DNA from: Promethearchaeia archaeon
GTDB taxonomy: Archaea; Asgardarchaeota; Lokiarchaeia; Sigyniarchaeales; SOKP01
Length of the DNA: 64,000 nt
Direction: 5' to 3'
Assembly: GCA_029856085.1 (NCBI GenBank)
Contig: JAHQWI010000184.1
Location: 2,972-66,971 of the forward strand
Made by a program: the position numbers and the translations under genes. Position 1 is the first letter of the stretch. Every line of letters begins with the position of its first letter. Below, piece by piece: positions 1-9,837 of the stretch. A model generated the notes under the pieces. The model searched no databases. It was not told the DNA's origin and worked only from the letters and a program-made list of their open reading frames with translations.

Positions 1-2
1 AA

Positions 3-224
3 TTATATAAGAAACATAAGAACCTTACAAAGAAATTTATCATCATGGATACACAATTGAATGACTTAATTGATCAATTAAATAAAACAGGTTACTTTAA
101 ATTTGTCATGAGATCAATTATTGCTCGTAGAAAGCAATTATTTCAAAGATGGAAAGAAATAGTTGTTTGGATTCTGTATTTTCCCCTCTACTTTAATAAA
201 TATGTTAGAAAATATTATACTTAA
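3..224 (+). CDS. 3' end of an unidentified CDS that starts upstream of the window
   Basis: Frame 3 is open from the window edge to TAA 222-224 (...FQRWKEIVVWILYFPLYFNKYVRKYYT*). No family recognised. Confidence 0.3.
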   Translation, partial: LYKKHKNLTKKFIIMDTQLNDLIDQLNKTGYFKFVMRSIIARRKQLFQRWKEIVVWILYFPLYFNKYVRKYYT

Positions 225-396
225 TCTAAAATATAGATCTAAATAGTACTTTCTTTAATTATATTGAACTAAAAAGACAATTTTGTTATCCTTTTCTATT
301 AATTCAAAAGAAATTAATAGAATCAATAATTCTCTATAAAATAAGTTATACGCTATTAATTTATTAGTTTTAAGTATATACTAAAGGTGATATTAC

Positions 397-1161
397 ATAA
401 AAGCAATAATCATAGCAGCAGGACCAAGTACTAGATTACGACCCTTCACAGAATATAAACCTAAATGTTTATTAGAAATTGAAGGGAAAACTATTCTTAA
501 TCGAGTTTTAGAAACTTTTTATAGTTGTGGGATTAATGAAATAGTTATTGTTCGTGGATATCAGAAAGAAACACTTAATTTACCGAATATTAGATACTAT
601 GATAATGATAACTTTTATAACAATAACATATTAGAATCCCTTTTTTACGCTGAACCAGAAATGGACGAAGAGTTTATTTTTACTTATTCAGATATCCTTT
701 ATAGTAAAAAAGTTGTTCAAAAACTCTTAGAGTCAGCTCATGACTTTAGCCTAATAATAGATACAGCTTGGAGACAACGTTATGAAAATCGGACAAAACA
801 CCCTACAGATGAAGCAGAACTAGCGATTGTAGAGAATGGTAAAGTAATGCATCTTTCAAAGTTTTTTAACCCTGATGCGGCTTATGGTGAATTTATAGGC
901 CTAGGGAAGATATCTAAGACGGGAGCAGAAATTTTTACACGAAATTATAACCGTGCGAAATACAATAAAACTTGTAAGTTTGCAGGACGATTCCATGATT
1001 CTACCACCTTCGAAAAGGCGTATTTAACAGATATGTTTGAAGAACTTATTGATAGAGGATATCCTATTTATTCAGTAGATATCCAAGAAGGTTGGGTCGA
1101 ATTAGATACAGACGAAGATTATGAATATGCTATACAATTAATAAAAGATGGAAAAATATAA
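397..1161 (+). CDS. Nucleotidyltransferase (LicC/PntC-like cytidylyltransferase), stand-alone paralog of the C-terminal domain of the PEP mutase fusion; probable AUA start
   Basis: The ORF track starts at ATG 661, but the frame is open from 391 (in-frame TGA at 388-390). That stretch encodes the nucleotide-binding N-terminus KAIIIAAGPSTRLRPFTEYKPKCLLEIEGKTIL. GGTGA at 386-390 lies 6 nt before ATA 397. The C-terminal half matches residues ~405-569 of ORF 2697-4406 (YSDIL, EF-x-G, IDRG, GW-x-E). Confidence 0.75.
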   Translation: MKAIIIAAGPSTRLRPFTEYKPKCLLEIEGKTILNRVLETFYSCGINEIVIVRGYQKETLNLPNIRYYDNDNFYNNNILESLFYAEPEMDEEFIFTYSDILYSKKVVQKLLESAHDFSLIIDTAWRQRYENRTKHPTDEAELAIVENGKVMHLSKFFNPDAAYGEFIGLGKISKTGAEIFTRNYNRAKYNKTCKFAGRFHDSTTFEKAYLTDMFEELIDRGYPIYSVDIQEGWVELDTDEDYEYAIQLIKDGKI

Positions 1162-1191
1162 TAATACAAAATTCGTTAAGGTAAATAAAAT

Positions 1192-2505
1192 ATGAATGAA
1201 AATTTAGATTCTAGTAGTGAGGCCGAGGTAAAGAAAACATATAAATCATGGAGAAATCGTATATTTTTTACGGTTTGGATTACATATATGATCTACTATA
1301 TTGGGCGTACAAATATTTCAATTGCGAAACCATTTATTATGGACGAATACGGAATTTCACTTGGAGTAATGGGATTAATAGGCACAATTTTTTTCCTTGC
1401 TTACGCCTTCGGACAATTTGTTAATGGATTTTTGGGTGATAAAATAGGTGCGAGACGATTTATTACAATAGGATTAATAATTTCAGCCGTCATTAATATA
1501 TTTATGGGGGTTGCTTTTGACTTCATCTGGGTTGCATTTTTACTATGGGGTTTGAATGGATATTTCCAATCAATGGGATGGGCTCCTTCTGTAAAAACTA
1601 TTGCAAATTGGCATCCTGTAGAAGAAAGAGGGAAATGGTCAAGTAGACTTGCTACATCATATTTGCTTGGAGGTGTCGTATCATGGATTATCGCTATATT
1701 TATAACTGATACCCTTAGTTTAAATTGGCGATTTTCTTTTATCATTCCCGGAATAATCATGGTATTCATGGCGATTCATTTTTATGTAAGGAATAGAAAC
1801 GCTCCTGAAGAATGCGGTTTACCAACTATTGAAGAAGAATATGAGGGTAAAATTGGAATGGGTGATTTCCGTGACGATGAATTTGTAGGTTTTAAGTACA
1901 CTGCCAAAACAGTTTTCTTTACAAAAACCGTTCTTTTTGCTTCTTTTGGTTTATTTTGTTTGAATATGGTTAGATATGGATTAACAGACTGGCTTCCATA
2001 TTTACTCAGTCCTGAAGTAACTGGTGCTGCTGAATTTGCTGTATGGAAATCTATATTCTACCCAATTGGAGGTACAATTGGAGTTCTTTTAGGTGCGTGG
2101 ATTTCTGATAAATTTGCTGGAAAAAGAAGAATACCTGTGATATGTGCTTTTTTTATCTTATTATCCCTAGTATTATTAATTTATACATTACTTCCCCCGC
2201 TTGACATGGTTTTTGGAATTCCTGTATTGATTTTAATTGGGATTTTGAATTTTGCACCGCATGCACTTCTAGTTGCTACAATACCTATGGAATTTGGTAC
2301 AAGAAAAGCAGCGTCTGCTGCTACGGGATTTATTGATGGCTGGGGATATATTGGAGCTGCAATTACAACTTTTACTTCAGCAACCCTTATTGAGGTTGCA
2401 GGTTCTTGGGCTGCTTTTTTACTTTGGATAATCGTAGCATTAATAGGGGGTTTAGTTCTACTAGCGGATTGGAAAAGTCTTCCAGAAAGAAAAGAGTTTT
2501 TATAA
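1192..2505 (+). CDS. MFS transporter of the organophosphate:phosphate antiporter family (GlpT/UhpC-like)
   Basis: Multi-TM hydrophobic profile. GDKIGARR and LNGYFQSMGWAPSVKTIANWHPVEERGKWSS resemble the GlpT/UhpC signature LNGWFQGMGWPPC...ERG. Confidence 0.75.
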   Translation: MNENLDSSSEAEVKKTYKSWRNRIFFTVWITYMIYYIGRTNISIAKPFIMDEYGISLGVMGLIGTIFFLAYAFGQFVNGFLGDKIGARRFITIGLIISAVINIFMGVAFDFIWVAFLLWGLNGYFQSMGWAPSVKTIANWHPVEERGKWSSRLATSYLLGGVVSWIIAIFITDTLSLNWRFSFIIPGIIMVFMAIHFYVRNRNAPEECGLPTIEEEYEGKIGMGDFRDDEFVGFKYTAKTVFFTKTVLFASFGLFCLNMVRYGLTDWLPYLLSPEVTGAAEFAVWKSIFYPIGGTIGVLLGAWISDKFAGKRRIPVICAFFILLSLVLLIYTLLPPLDMVFGIPVLILIGILNFAPHALLVATIPMEFGTRKAASAATGFIDGWGYIGAAITTFTSATLIEVAGSWAAFLLWIIVALIGGLVLLADWKSLPERKEFL

Positions 2506-2696
2506 GAACAATATTATAAAATTAATTTTTTTTTCTCTATTTTTATTTTGAACAATAATATAAATGGAAAACCTAATTAATTTTAGATAATTTAAGTAAT
2601 TAAATTAATTTTAGGTTTAAAATAATATTCTAAACATTTCACAAACCAAAAATATATTACATAATTTATGAGATTTAAACCTGACTGAACATATGA

Positions 2697-4406
2697 GTGA
2701 CAATAATGGAATTAAAAAAAACCAGTGGTATATTACCATATTTAAGAAGAGGATTGTTAAAAGAATTACTTCAAAAGAAAAAGATTGTTAAAATCATAGA
2801 GGCACACAACGGTCTTAGCGCGATAATTGCAAATAATATAAAAGAAAGTTATCAAGATGAAATTCTTGAATTTGATGGATTTTGGGTTAGTAGTTTTACT
2901 GATAGTGCTGCTAAAGGTTATCCTGATATCGAAGTAATTGGATTAGAATCAAGATACGAAACAATTAGACAGATTTTAAATAGCTCAAATAAGCCATTAA
3001 TAATCGACGGAGATACTGGTGGCGAAGCTGCAAATTTTGAATATTTCATTCGTGCTTTAGAAGATATGGGAGTATCAATGGTTATTATTGAAGATAAAAA
3101 ATTTCCCAAAAGAAACAGTTTAGAAAGCGGGACTATTCAAGATCAAGAAGAACCTGAGGTGTTTGCTACAAAAATTAAAAGAGGGAAAGACATTCAAATC
3201 TCTGATAATTTCATGATAGTTGCGCGCATTGAAAGTTTGATTTCTGGTTCAGGATTAAAGGATGCGATATATAGAGCTAAAAAATATTTGATGGCAGGTG
3301 CAGATGGGATAATGATTCATTCAAAGCAAAGGGATCCTAAAGAAATCTTAGATTTTGCCAGGGAATACGATAAATTATCAAGAGATTTAGGTTTCAGAAA
3401 ACCACTGGTTTGTGTTCCAACTACATATAACACAATTACTGAAGATGAATTGGTAGATCATGGATTTAATATCGTTATATATGCAAATCATCTATTGCGA
3501 GCTGCTCATAAAGCAATGAAAGAAACTGCCTCAATCATTCTGAAGAACAAAAGAACATTTGAAGCGGAATCTATGTGTAGTCCTGTGAAAGCTGTTTTTA
3601 AAGATGTTGGGTTCTTAGATGTCAAAGAAAAAGATTTAAAATATATAAAAGGACCAACAAAAGTAATAATCCCTGCTGCAGGGAGTGATCAAGATTTCAT
3701 TATTCCAAAAGGAATGACACCTTTAAATGGTAAGCCTGTTCTCCAACGACAAATAGAAACCTTAAACAATTGTAAAATTAAAGATATTATTGTTATAAGA
3801 GGATATGGAAAAGAGGAATTTAGTATGGGGGGTGCAAGATATATTGATAATGATGAGTATGAGAAGTTTTACATCTTATATTCTTTATTCAAAGCTGAAG
3901 AGGAAATGGAGGGGGGCTTTATTTTCATATATTCAGATATATTGTTTAATGACCAAATAATAAAAAATCTTCTCAGCACGAAAGGAGATATTATCTTAGT
4001 TCTCGATAATTCTTATACATATCATAAACATAAAATTGATAAAAATCTCGAACTCGTTCTAACGAAGAATAAACCAAGTGAACAAACAAGGGATCTCTAT
4101 CAATTAGAAAACGAAATTATCAGAATAGGAAGAAGTATTAATATGGATATGGCAGATTATGAATTTACGGGGATAGCTTATTTCTCGGAATATGGTGTTG
4201 AAATCATCAGAAAAATATATAATGAGTGCAAACTGAGCCATAAGGGTAAATTTCATGAAGCAAATTCATTTGAAAATGCCTCTTTTATAGATCTTATACA
4301 AGAGGTAATAGATAGAGGGTTTAGAGTAGATATTTTGGAAGTACATAAAGGATGGTTTGAGATTCATAATAAAAAAGATATTGAAATTGCTGAAAGATTA
4401 ATATAA
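2697..4406 (+). CDS. ppm: Phosphoenolpyruvate phosphomutase fused to a C-terminal cytidylyltransferase domain
   Basis: The N-terminal ICL/PEP-mutase fold carries DGDTGG and the PEP-mutase-diagnostic EDKxxxxxNS motif (EDKKFPKRNS, nt 3090-3119). The C-terminal ~240 aa form a nucleotidyltransferase fold (VIIPAAGSDQ..., YSDILF, IDRGF, GWFEI). The start may be GTG 2697 or ATG 2706. Confidence 0.85.
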   Translation: MTIMELKKTSGILPYLRRGLLKELLQKKKIVKIIEAHNGLSAIIANNIKESYQDEILEFDGFWVSSFTDSAAKGYPDIEVIGLESRYETIRQILNSSNKPLIIDGDTGGEAANFEYFIRALEDMGVSMVIIEDKKFPKRNSLESGTIQDQEEPEVFATKIKRGKDIQISDNFMIVARIESLISGSGLKDAIYRAKKYLMAGADGIMIHSKQRDPKEILDFAREYDKLSRDLGFRKPLVCVPTTYNTITEDELVDHGFNIVIYANHLLRAAHKAMKETASIILKNKRTFEAESMCSPVKAVFKDVGFLDVKEKDLKYIKGPTKVIIPAAGSDQDFIIPKGMTPLNGKPVLQRQIETLNNCKIKDIIVIRGYGKEEFSMGGARYIDNDEYEKFYILYSLFKAEEEMEGGFIFIYSDILFNDQIIKNLLSTKGDIILVLDNSYTYHKHKIDKNLELVLTKNKPSEQTRDLYQLENEIIRIGRSINMDMADYEFTGIAYFSEYGVEIIRKIYNECKLSHKGKFHEANSFENASFIDLIQEVIDRGFRVDILEVHKGWFEIHNKKDIEIAERLI

Positions 4407-4426
4407 CTAATTTTTAAAAATGCGAT

Positions 4427-5569
4427 ATGAATATGAATGAATTTATTGGGAACGGTTCCATTAAAAATCTTCATAAAATTCTCTCAGAAAATAATTATAA
4501 GAACATCTTTTTTATTACAGGTAAATCGCCTTTAGAACAGGAGAATATTGACAAAACTTTAAAAATAATTAAAAATATGTCTCAGTTTTTTCACTACAAT
4601 GATATAGCCCCGTCTCCTAGTGTTGAGGGTGTGGAAAAAGCCCTAAATTTATTTAATAAGGGTAATTTCGATTTGGTTGTCGCCATGGGAGGAGGTTCTG
4701 TTTTAGATATTGGTAAAAGTGTATCAGTTTTTTCTGCAAACGAAGGAAAAATTGAAGATTTTCTTTTAAAGAATAGAAGAATTAAAAAAAAAGGAACCCC
4801 CTTAGTATTAATACCCACAACAGCAGGAACGGGGAGTGAAGCAACTCATTTTGCTGTAATTTTTATTAAAAAAACAAAGTATTCCTTAGCAAATGATAAA
4901 TACATACCCGGTGATTATGTGATTATAGATCCAGAATTAACATATAGCCTTCCAAAGAGGGTGACTGCATATACAGGTATGGATGCATTAAGCCAAGCAA
5001 TCGAATCATATTGGAATATTAATTCTACAAAGGATTCAAAAGAATACGCAAGGAAAGCAATAAAACTCATAATGAATAATTTGTTAAAAGTTGTTCATAA
5101 TCCCGATAAAGAATCTAGATACAATATGGCAATAGCCGCGAATTATGCAGGTAAAGCAATAAATATAACAAAGACTACTGCTTGTCATGCTATTTCATAT
5201 CCTATTACTTCATTTTTTAACATTCCTCATGGTCAAGCTGTTGCTTTGACTTTACCTTCTATGGTTGTATTCAATTCAGAAGTTGATAACGATGATGTGT
5301 TAGATTTACGTGGATGTGATTATGTAAAAGAAATAATGAAAGATTTGATCACTTTAATAGGAACCTCTACATTTAATGAAGCAAAAGAAAAGATCAATGA
5401 AATCATAAAGAATATTGGATTAGAATCAACATTATCAAATTTAGGAATAAAAAGTCAAGAAGAAATTGAAATTTTAATAAAGAACGGATTTAATCCTGAT
5501 AGGGTTAAAAATAACCCGCGGTTATTAACAGAAACTCATCTAAGAAAGATTTTAGAGGGGATTAGATGA
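4427..5569 (+). CDS. Iron-containing (group III) alcohol dehydrogenase, probable phosphonoacetaldehyde reductase
   Basis: Fe-ADH motifs are present: VAMGGGSVLDIGK, PTTAGTGSE and the His-rich metal site (CHAISYP...PHG). It lies between ppm and ppd. Its stop overlaps the next start (ATGA at 5566-5569). Confidence 0.75.
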   Translation: MNMNEFIGNGSIKNLHKILSENNYKNIFFITGKSPLEQENIDKTLKIIKNMSQFFHYNDIAPSPSVEGVEKALNLFNKGNFDLVVAMGGGSVLDIGKSVSVFSANEGKIEDFLLKNRRIKKKGTPLVLIPTTAGTGSEATHFAVIFIKKTKYSLANDKYIPGDYVIIDPELTYSLPKRVTAYTGMDALSQAIESYWNINSTKDSKEYARKAIKLIMNNLLKVVHNPDKESRYNMAIAANYAGKAINITKTTACHAISYPITSFFNIPHGQAVALTLPSMVVFNSEVDNDDVLDLRGCDYVKEIMKDLITLIGTSTFNEAKEKINEIIKNIGLESTLSNLGIKSQEEIEILIKNGFNPDRVKNNPRLLTETHLRKILEGIR

Positions 5570-6282
5570 AGGTTATAATATTAAATGCAGGAATAGGTAA
5601 AAGATTAGCACCATTAACTTATAAAATGCCAAAATGCCTTATTAAAATAAGTAATAATAATACAATATTGGATCATCAGCTAAAGAATATAATAAAACTA
5701 GGCTTTAAAGATTTCATTTTGCCTACTGGTCCTTTTGAGGATCAAATTATAAATCATATTGATAAAAATTATCCTAATATTAATGTACAGTATGTTAACA
5801 ATCCGGTTTATAATAAGACAAATTATATTTATTCTTTATATTTAGCTAAAGAGATTATTGATGACGACGTTTTATATTCTCATGGGGATTTAATCTTCTC
5901 TGAAAATTTAGTAAAACTTTTACTTGATTCCAAAGCTAGTGATTGCGTTTTGATTAATAAAGAAATCCCCCCTCCAGTAAAAGATTTTAAGGCGATTATA
6001 TTAAACGATAAAATAAATAAAATAGGAGTAAACCTATTTGGAGAAAACACAGCCTTTTTGGCTCCATTATACAAATTGTCTAAAGAATTTATGATACAAT
6101 GGTTAACTCATATTGAAAATTTTGTTAAAAATAACAGAGTAAATTGTTATGCGGAAGATGCTTTAAATGAAATTTTGGATATTCTTCTACTAAAACCTTG
6201 TTATTATAATGAATTTTGTGTTGAAATTGATGATCATGAAGATTTAGAAGGAGTAAAGAATTATCTATCTAAAAATAAATAG
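5566..6282 (+). CDS. Nucleotidyltransferase (LicC/MobA-like NTP transferase)
   Basis: N-terminal MKVIILNAGIGKRLAPLTYKMPKCLIKI (G-x-G-x-R-L loop). Translationally coupled to the upstream ADH by a 4-nt overlap. Confidence 0.7.
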   Translation: MKVIILNAGIGKRLAPLTYKMPKCLIKISNNNTILDHQLKNIIKLGFKDFILPTGPFEDQIINHIDKNYPNINVQYVNNPVYNKTNYIYSLYLAKEIIDDDVLYSHGDLIFSENLVKLLLDSKASDCVLINKEIPPPVKDFKAIILNDKINKIGVNLFGENTAFLAPLYKLSKEFMIQWLTHIENFVKNNRVNCYAEDALNEILDILLLKPCYYNEFCVEIDDHEDLEGVKNYLSKNK

Positions 6283-6299
6283 ATCACTAGTTAAAATAG

Positions 6300-7436
6300 A
6301 TGAAAATGATATCTTGTAGAGATTTTATTAATATCTTAATTAAACATGATTTAACTTTCTTTACTGGAGTTCCAGATTCGACTTTTAAAGATTTGATGAA
6401 ATTTTTATCAGAAAGTGATATAAAAAGTCTTGAGAATATTATAGCATGTAATGAATGTGAAGCCATTGCATTAGCTTCAGGTTATCATCTAGCTACAAAT
6501 AAAGTTGGGATTGTTTATATGCAAAATTCCGGGCTTGGAAAAGCAGTTAATCCTCTTACATCTTTATGTGATCCTGATGTTTATTCAATTCCGATCCTTT
6601 TGATGATTGGATGGCGTGGGGAACCAGGAAAAAAAGATGCACCTCAACATAAAAAAATGGGTAAAATTACACTACAACTACTAGACACACTTCAGATACC
6701 TTATACTATTTTGGATGCTGATTTGGATTATGTTGATAAAGAACTAAAGAAAGTAAAAAATCATTTTAATGAGCAAAAGGGACCATACGCTTTTATTTTT
6801 CGTCGTAATTTCTTTAAAGAGTATGAAATGAAGAAAAAGCCATTAAATAATTACTCATTAACTACTAACGATGTAATTCATTTGATTGTGGATAATTTAG
6901 ACAATACTGAAGTAATTGTTTCTACAACGGGTTATATCTCAAGAGAATTATTTGAATATAGTGAATCAAAAAATATGGATCATAATAAAAGTTTCTATAA
7001 TATAGGATCTATGGGTTGTGCTAGTTCTATTGGGTTGGGTATAGCGCTCCAAAAACCAAATAAAAGGGTAATAATATTTGATGGAGATGGAGCGGCAATC
7101 ATGCAGATGGGGGCTTTTACTACAATTGGAAAGAACTCTCCACCAAACTTTGTTCATATAATATTTGATAATGAAGTTCATGAATCAACTGGAGGTCAAC
7201 CTACAAATTCCTCGATAGTTGATTTTTCTGCAATTGCAAAAGCGAGTAATTATAAATTAACGCTTTTTATACAAACGCGAAAAGAATTATTGGATTGCAT
7301 GAACCAAATTAAAAATAGACAGGGACCAATTTTAGTTAGAATAAAAATTAATCTTTCACATGATAAAGAACTAAAAAGACCAAACAAACTTCCAAAAGAA
7401 TATAAGGAAGAATTTATGAAGTATTTAAAAATTTAA
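6300..7436 (+). CDS. ppd: Phosphonopyruvate decarboxylase (thiamine-diphosphate dependent)
   Basis: GVPDSTFKDL N-terminus, GSMGCASSIGLGIAL, and the TPP-binding GDGAAIMQMG...IIFDNEVHESTGGQ motif. A size of ~378 aa is typical of single-chain Ppd. It sits in the ppm cluster. Confidence 0.8.
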   Translation: MKMISCRDFINILIKHDLTFFTGVPDSTFKDLMKFLSESDIKSLENIIACNECEAIALASGYHLATNKVGIVYMQNSGLGKAVNPLTSLCDPDVYSIPILLMIGWRGEPGKKDAPQHKKMGKITLQLLDTLQIPYTILDADLDYVDKELKKVKNHFNEQKGPYAFIFRRNFFKEYEMKKKPLNNYSLTTNDVIHLIVDNLDNTEVIVSTTGYISRELFEYSESKNMDHNKSFYNIGSMGCASSIGLGIALQKPNKRVIIFDGDGAAIMQMGAFTTIGKNSPPNFVHIIFDNEVHESTGGQPTNSSIVDFSAIAKASNYKLTLFIQTRKELLDCMNQIKNRQGPILVRIKINLSHDKELKRPNKLPKEYKEEFMKYLKI

Positions 7437-7551
7437 AAGAAAAGAGTTTAATTGCAATTCTCAGAATTTCAGTTTTATGAATATTTTTATAGGATATGAG
7501 ATTTTTTATGATAAAATTTAATTTAAATTTGCTTTAATGTGTATTAGATAA

Positions 7552-9837
7552 ATGAGTGAAATTAGACTAAAATTTAATAGAATTCTCTTCTTCATCCATT
7601 CTAGAATTAATTGCTTCATCTTCTTAGTTTCTATAATCTCTATGATGTTTGTTTTTTTAAAATTAATTGATTTTAATACGATTATAGGAATATCAGATAT
7701 AATTGGTCTTGAAATTATATTTGAATTTATAGTAATTTTTAGTTCAATCTTTGTCATATTATTTTTACCTTCTTACCCTATTTTCTTCAAGCTACTAAAT
7801 AAAAGTGAATTTACCTCCTTAGAGAAATTAGGATTAACCATTGTTATCAACTCAGCTTTCTATATCTTTTTAGGGTATTTTGGGTATTGGATTGGAGCCT
7901 CAATAACAGGTCTCTTTTTCTTTTATGGAACATTGATTTTATTTCTTATATTTATTTGTTATATAGCATATAATGAATTTAAAAAGGAAACTTATGTATA
8001 TTTTAAACCAAGAAAACCATCAATAAATAATCTCGAGAGATTACAGCAATTTTCCCTCTTTAAATACTTTAAAAATAAAATAAATTTAAACTTATTCTTA
8101 CTTATTGCTTTTATTTCCTTAATTTGTATTCTTAATATCACTAAATTTAGTGTTTTTGTTGGAACGGACCCATGGCTTCACATTCTTAATAGTAGAATAA
8201 TAACTGAAGAAAATATTCTTCCCCTAAAAGGATATCATGGAACGATGGGTATTAGTATTTTTGGAGCAGTTATCAATTTTTTTTCTGGAGTAAGTCATAT
8301 TTTAATTCCTAAATATTTTGTAATTTATACATTCTTTCTTTCTGCTATTATCTTCTATAGTATCTCTATGAGGATTTTTAAAAGGAAAAATCTAGCTATT
8401 TTTAGCGTTTTTATCATTGAGTTTTCTTCATTGGGATTTTCTAACATGATGCTTCAGTATTGGCCTTCAGGATCTGCATTAATTAAATGTTTAGCAATAT
8501 TTCTCCTTCTTTATATTAGATTGCAGAAATTCGTTCAATTGGAGCGCCCAACTAAAAGGGAGATACTTTCAAACATCTTTTTGATCTATATTTTAACTAT
8601 TTTGATATTCACTAGTGCTGTGCTCACACATGTAGTTACATCTATTTTCTTTTTATTTTCATTTTTGTGGGTATATCTAATTTATTTCTTGAAGGATTAT
8701 AGAAGGGGAATAGATTTTATTTTCTTATGTGGCCTAGTGGGGATTTTTTTGATTTTAAATATTTTTGGCATAGGAAGTGGTCATTATTGGTTTTTTATCC
8801 CACTTAATCTCTCTTGGTATTTTTTACTTCTAATTGGCGGTGTGGGATGTATAGCAGGTGGAATTTTATTATGGAAATTACAGAATTCAATTAATTTCAC
8901 CAAGGGTAGGTTTAAGTTGGTAATAACAGGAAAGCGAGACAAATATTTCAAAAAAATTGAAGATAAAGCAATAATTCCTCTTATCTTCAGTATTTTAATA
9001 GCAATAACCATTAGTTTATTGATTGTAAATCTGATTTGGATAGAAATAGAAATTACTAATATATTTTACGTATCTGAAATCATATTACTTAGTGCTTTTG
9101 CTGTATGGGGCTTAATAGTCTACCAAAAGAAGCCAAGAGGAAAGCCATTATTTATTTGGGGTATAGGACTTTCTATTCTATTAGGTGTAGGATTTGTTTT
9201 CAATATACTGATATTAAGTAATATGATTTGGCAGAGAATTTTATATCTAATTCCTCCGATTATTGTAATTGGATTTATTTCTTATATATATAAAATTATT
9301 AAGATAAAGAAGATTGGAACATTTCGCATGAAATTCATAATTTTCATTATTATAACTTTCTCATTATTAACCACTTACTTTTTTGAATCTGTTAATTTTG
9401 ATGTTTTTACACTAAGAAGAAGAGATATAAGCCCGATTCAATGGTATTCGAATAATACTTCCGATAAGAATGTCTTAATTACTGAATTCGGTTGGAAAAA
9501 TGTATTTAAATATTATGGTTATGATCATAATAATACAAATGGTACTCTTGCTTTTGAAGGCAATTTTTACAATCTAAAATATGAAATTGATTTATTTCCC
9601 CCAGATAATCATCTTTATGAAAATAAGACCAATATTTTACAAGAAATTAAAGAAGATTATAATACAGATGTATATATTATTTTTTCTGATACTTATATTA
9701 TTAATAAAGGATTTGAGTTGTTTGGACACTTATCACAGGATGAATTAGAAGAATACTACAGTCTTCCTTATTTAGATAAAATTTGTTCTTCTAAAACAGA
9801 GGGAGGAGGGGAAACTCCTATATTTTGGGTCATTTAA
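7552..9837 (+). CDS. Large polytopic membrane protein with a C-terminal soluble domain; possible GT-C-type glycosyl/oligosaccharyl-transferase-like enzyme
   Basis: About 20 hydrophobic segments precede a ~150-aa hydrophilic C-terminus. The loop motif GTDPWLHILNSR resembles the acidic first-loop motif (DP-x-x-H/Y...R) of GT-C enzymes. No WWDYG motif is present, so it is not called AglB. Confidence 0.35.
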   Translation: MSEIRLKFNRILFFIHSRINCFIFLVSIISMMFVFLKLIDFNTIIGISDIIGLEIIFEFIVIFSSIFVILFLPSYPIFFKLLNKSEFTSLEKLGLTIVINSAFYIFLGYFGYWIGASITGLFFFYGTLILFLIFICYIAYNEFKKETYVYFKPRKPSINNLERLQQFSLFKYFKNKINLNLFLLIAFISLICILNITKFSVFVGTDPWLHILNSRIITEENILPLKGYHGTMGISIFGAVINFFSGVSHILIPKYFVIYTFFLSAIIFYSISMRIFKRKNLAIFSVFIIEFSSLGFSNMMLQYWPSGSALIKCLAIFLLLYIRLQKFVQLERPTKREILSNIFLIYILTILIFTSAVLTHVVTSIFFLFSFLWVYLIYFLKDYRRGIDFIFLCGLVGIFLILNIFGIGSGHYWFFIPLNLSWYFLLLIGGVGCIAGGILLWKLQNSINFTKGRFKLVITGKRDKYFKKIEDKAIIPLIFSILIAITISLLIVNLIWIEIEITNIFYVSEIILLSAFAVWGLIVYQKKPRGKPLFIWGIGLSILLGVGFVFNILILSNMIWQRILYLIPPIIVIGFISYIYKIIKIKKIGTFRMKFIIFIIITFSLLTTYFFESVNFDVFTLRRRDISPIQWYSNNTSDKNVLITEFGWKNVFKYYGYDHNNTNGTLAFEGNFYNLKYEIDLFPPDNHLYENKTNILQEIKEDYNTDVYIIFSDTYIINKGFELFGHLSQDELEEYYSLPYLDKICSSKTEGGGETPIFWVI

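Noticed and set aside
7552-9837. Calling the 761-aa membrane protein an AglB/STT3 oligosaccharyltransferase.
   Set aside because: No WWDYG motif or DK/MI motif is visible. Only a generic GT-C-like acidic loop is present, so the call is kept at the level of a possible GT-C-type enzyme.
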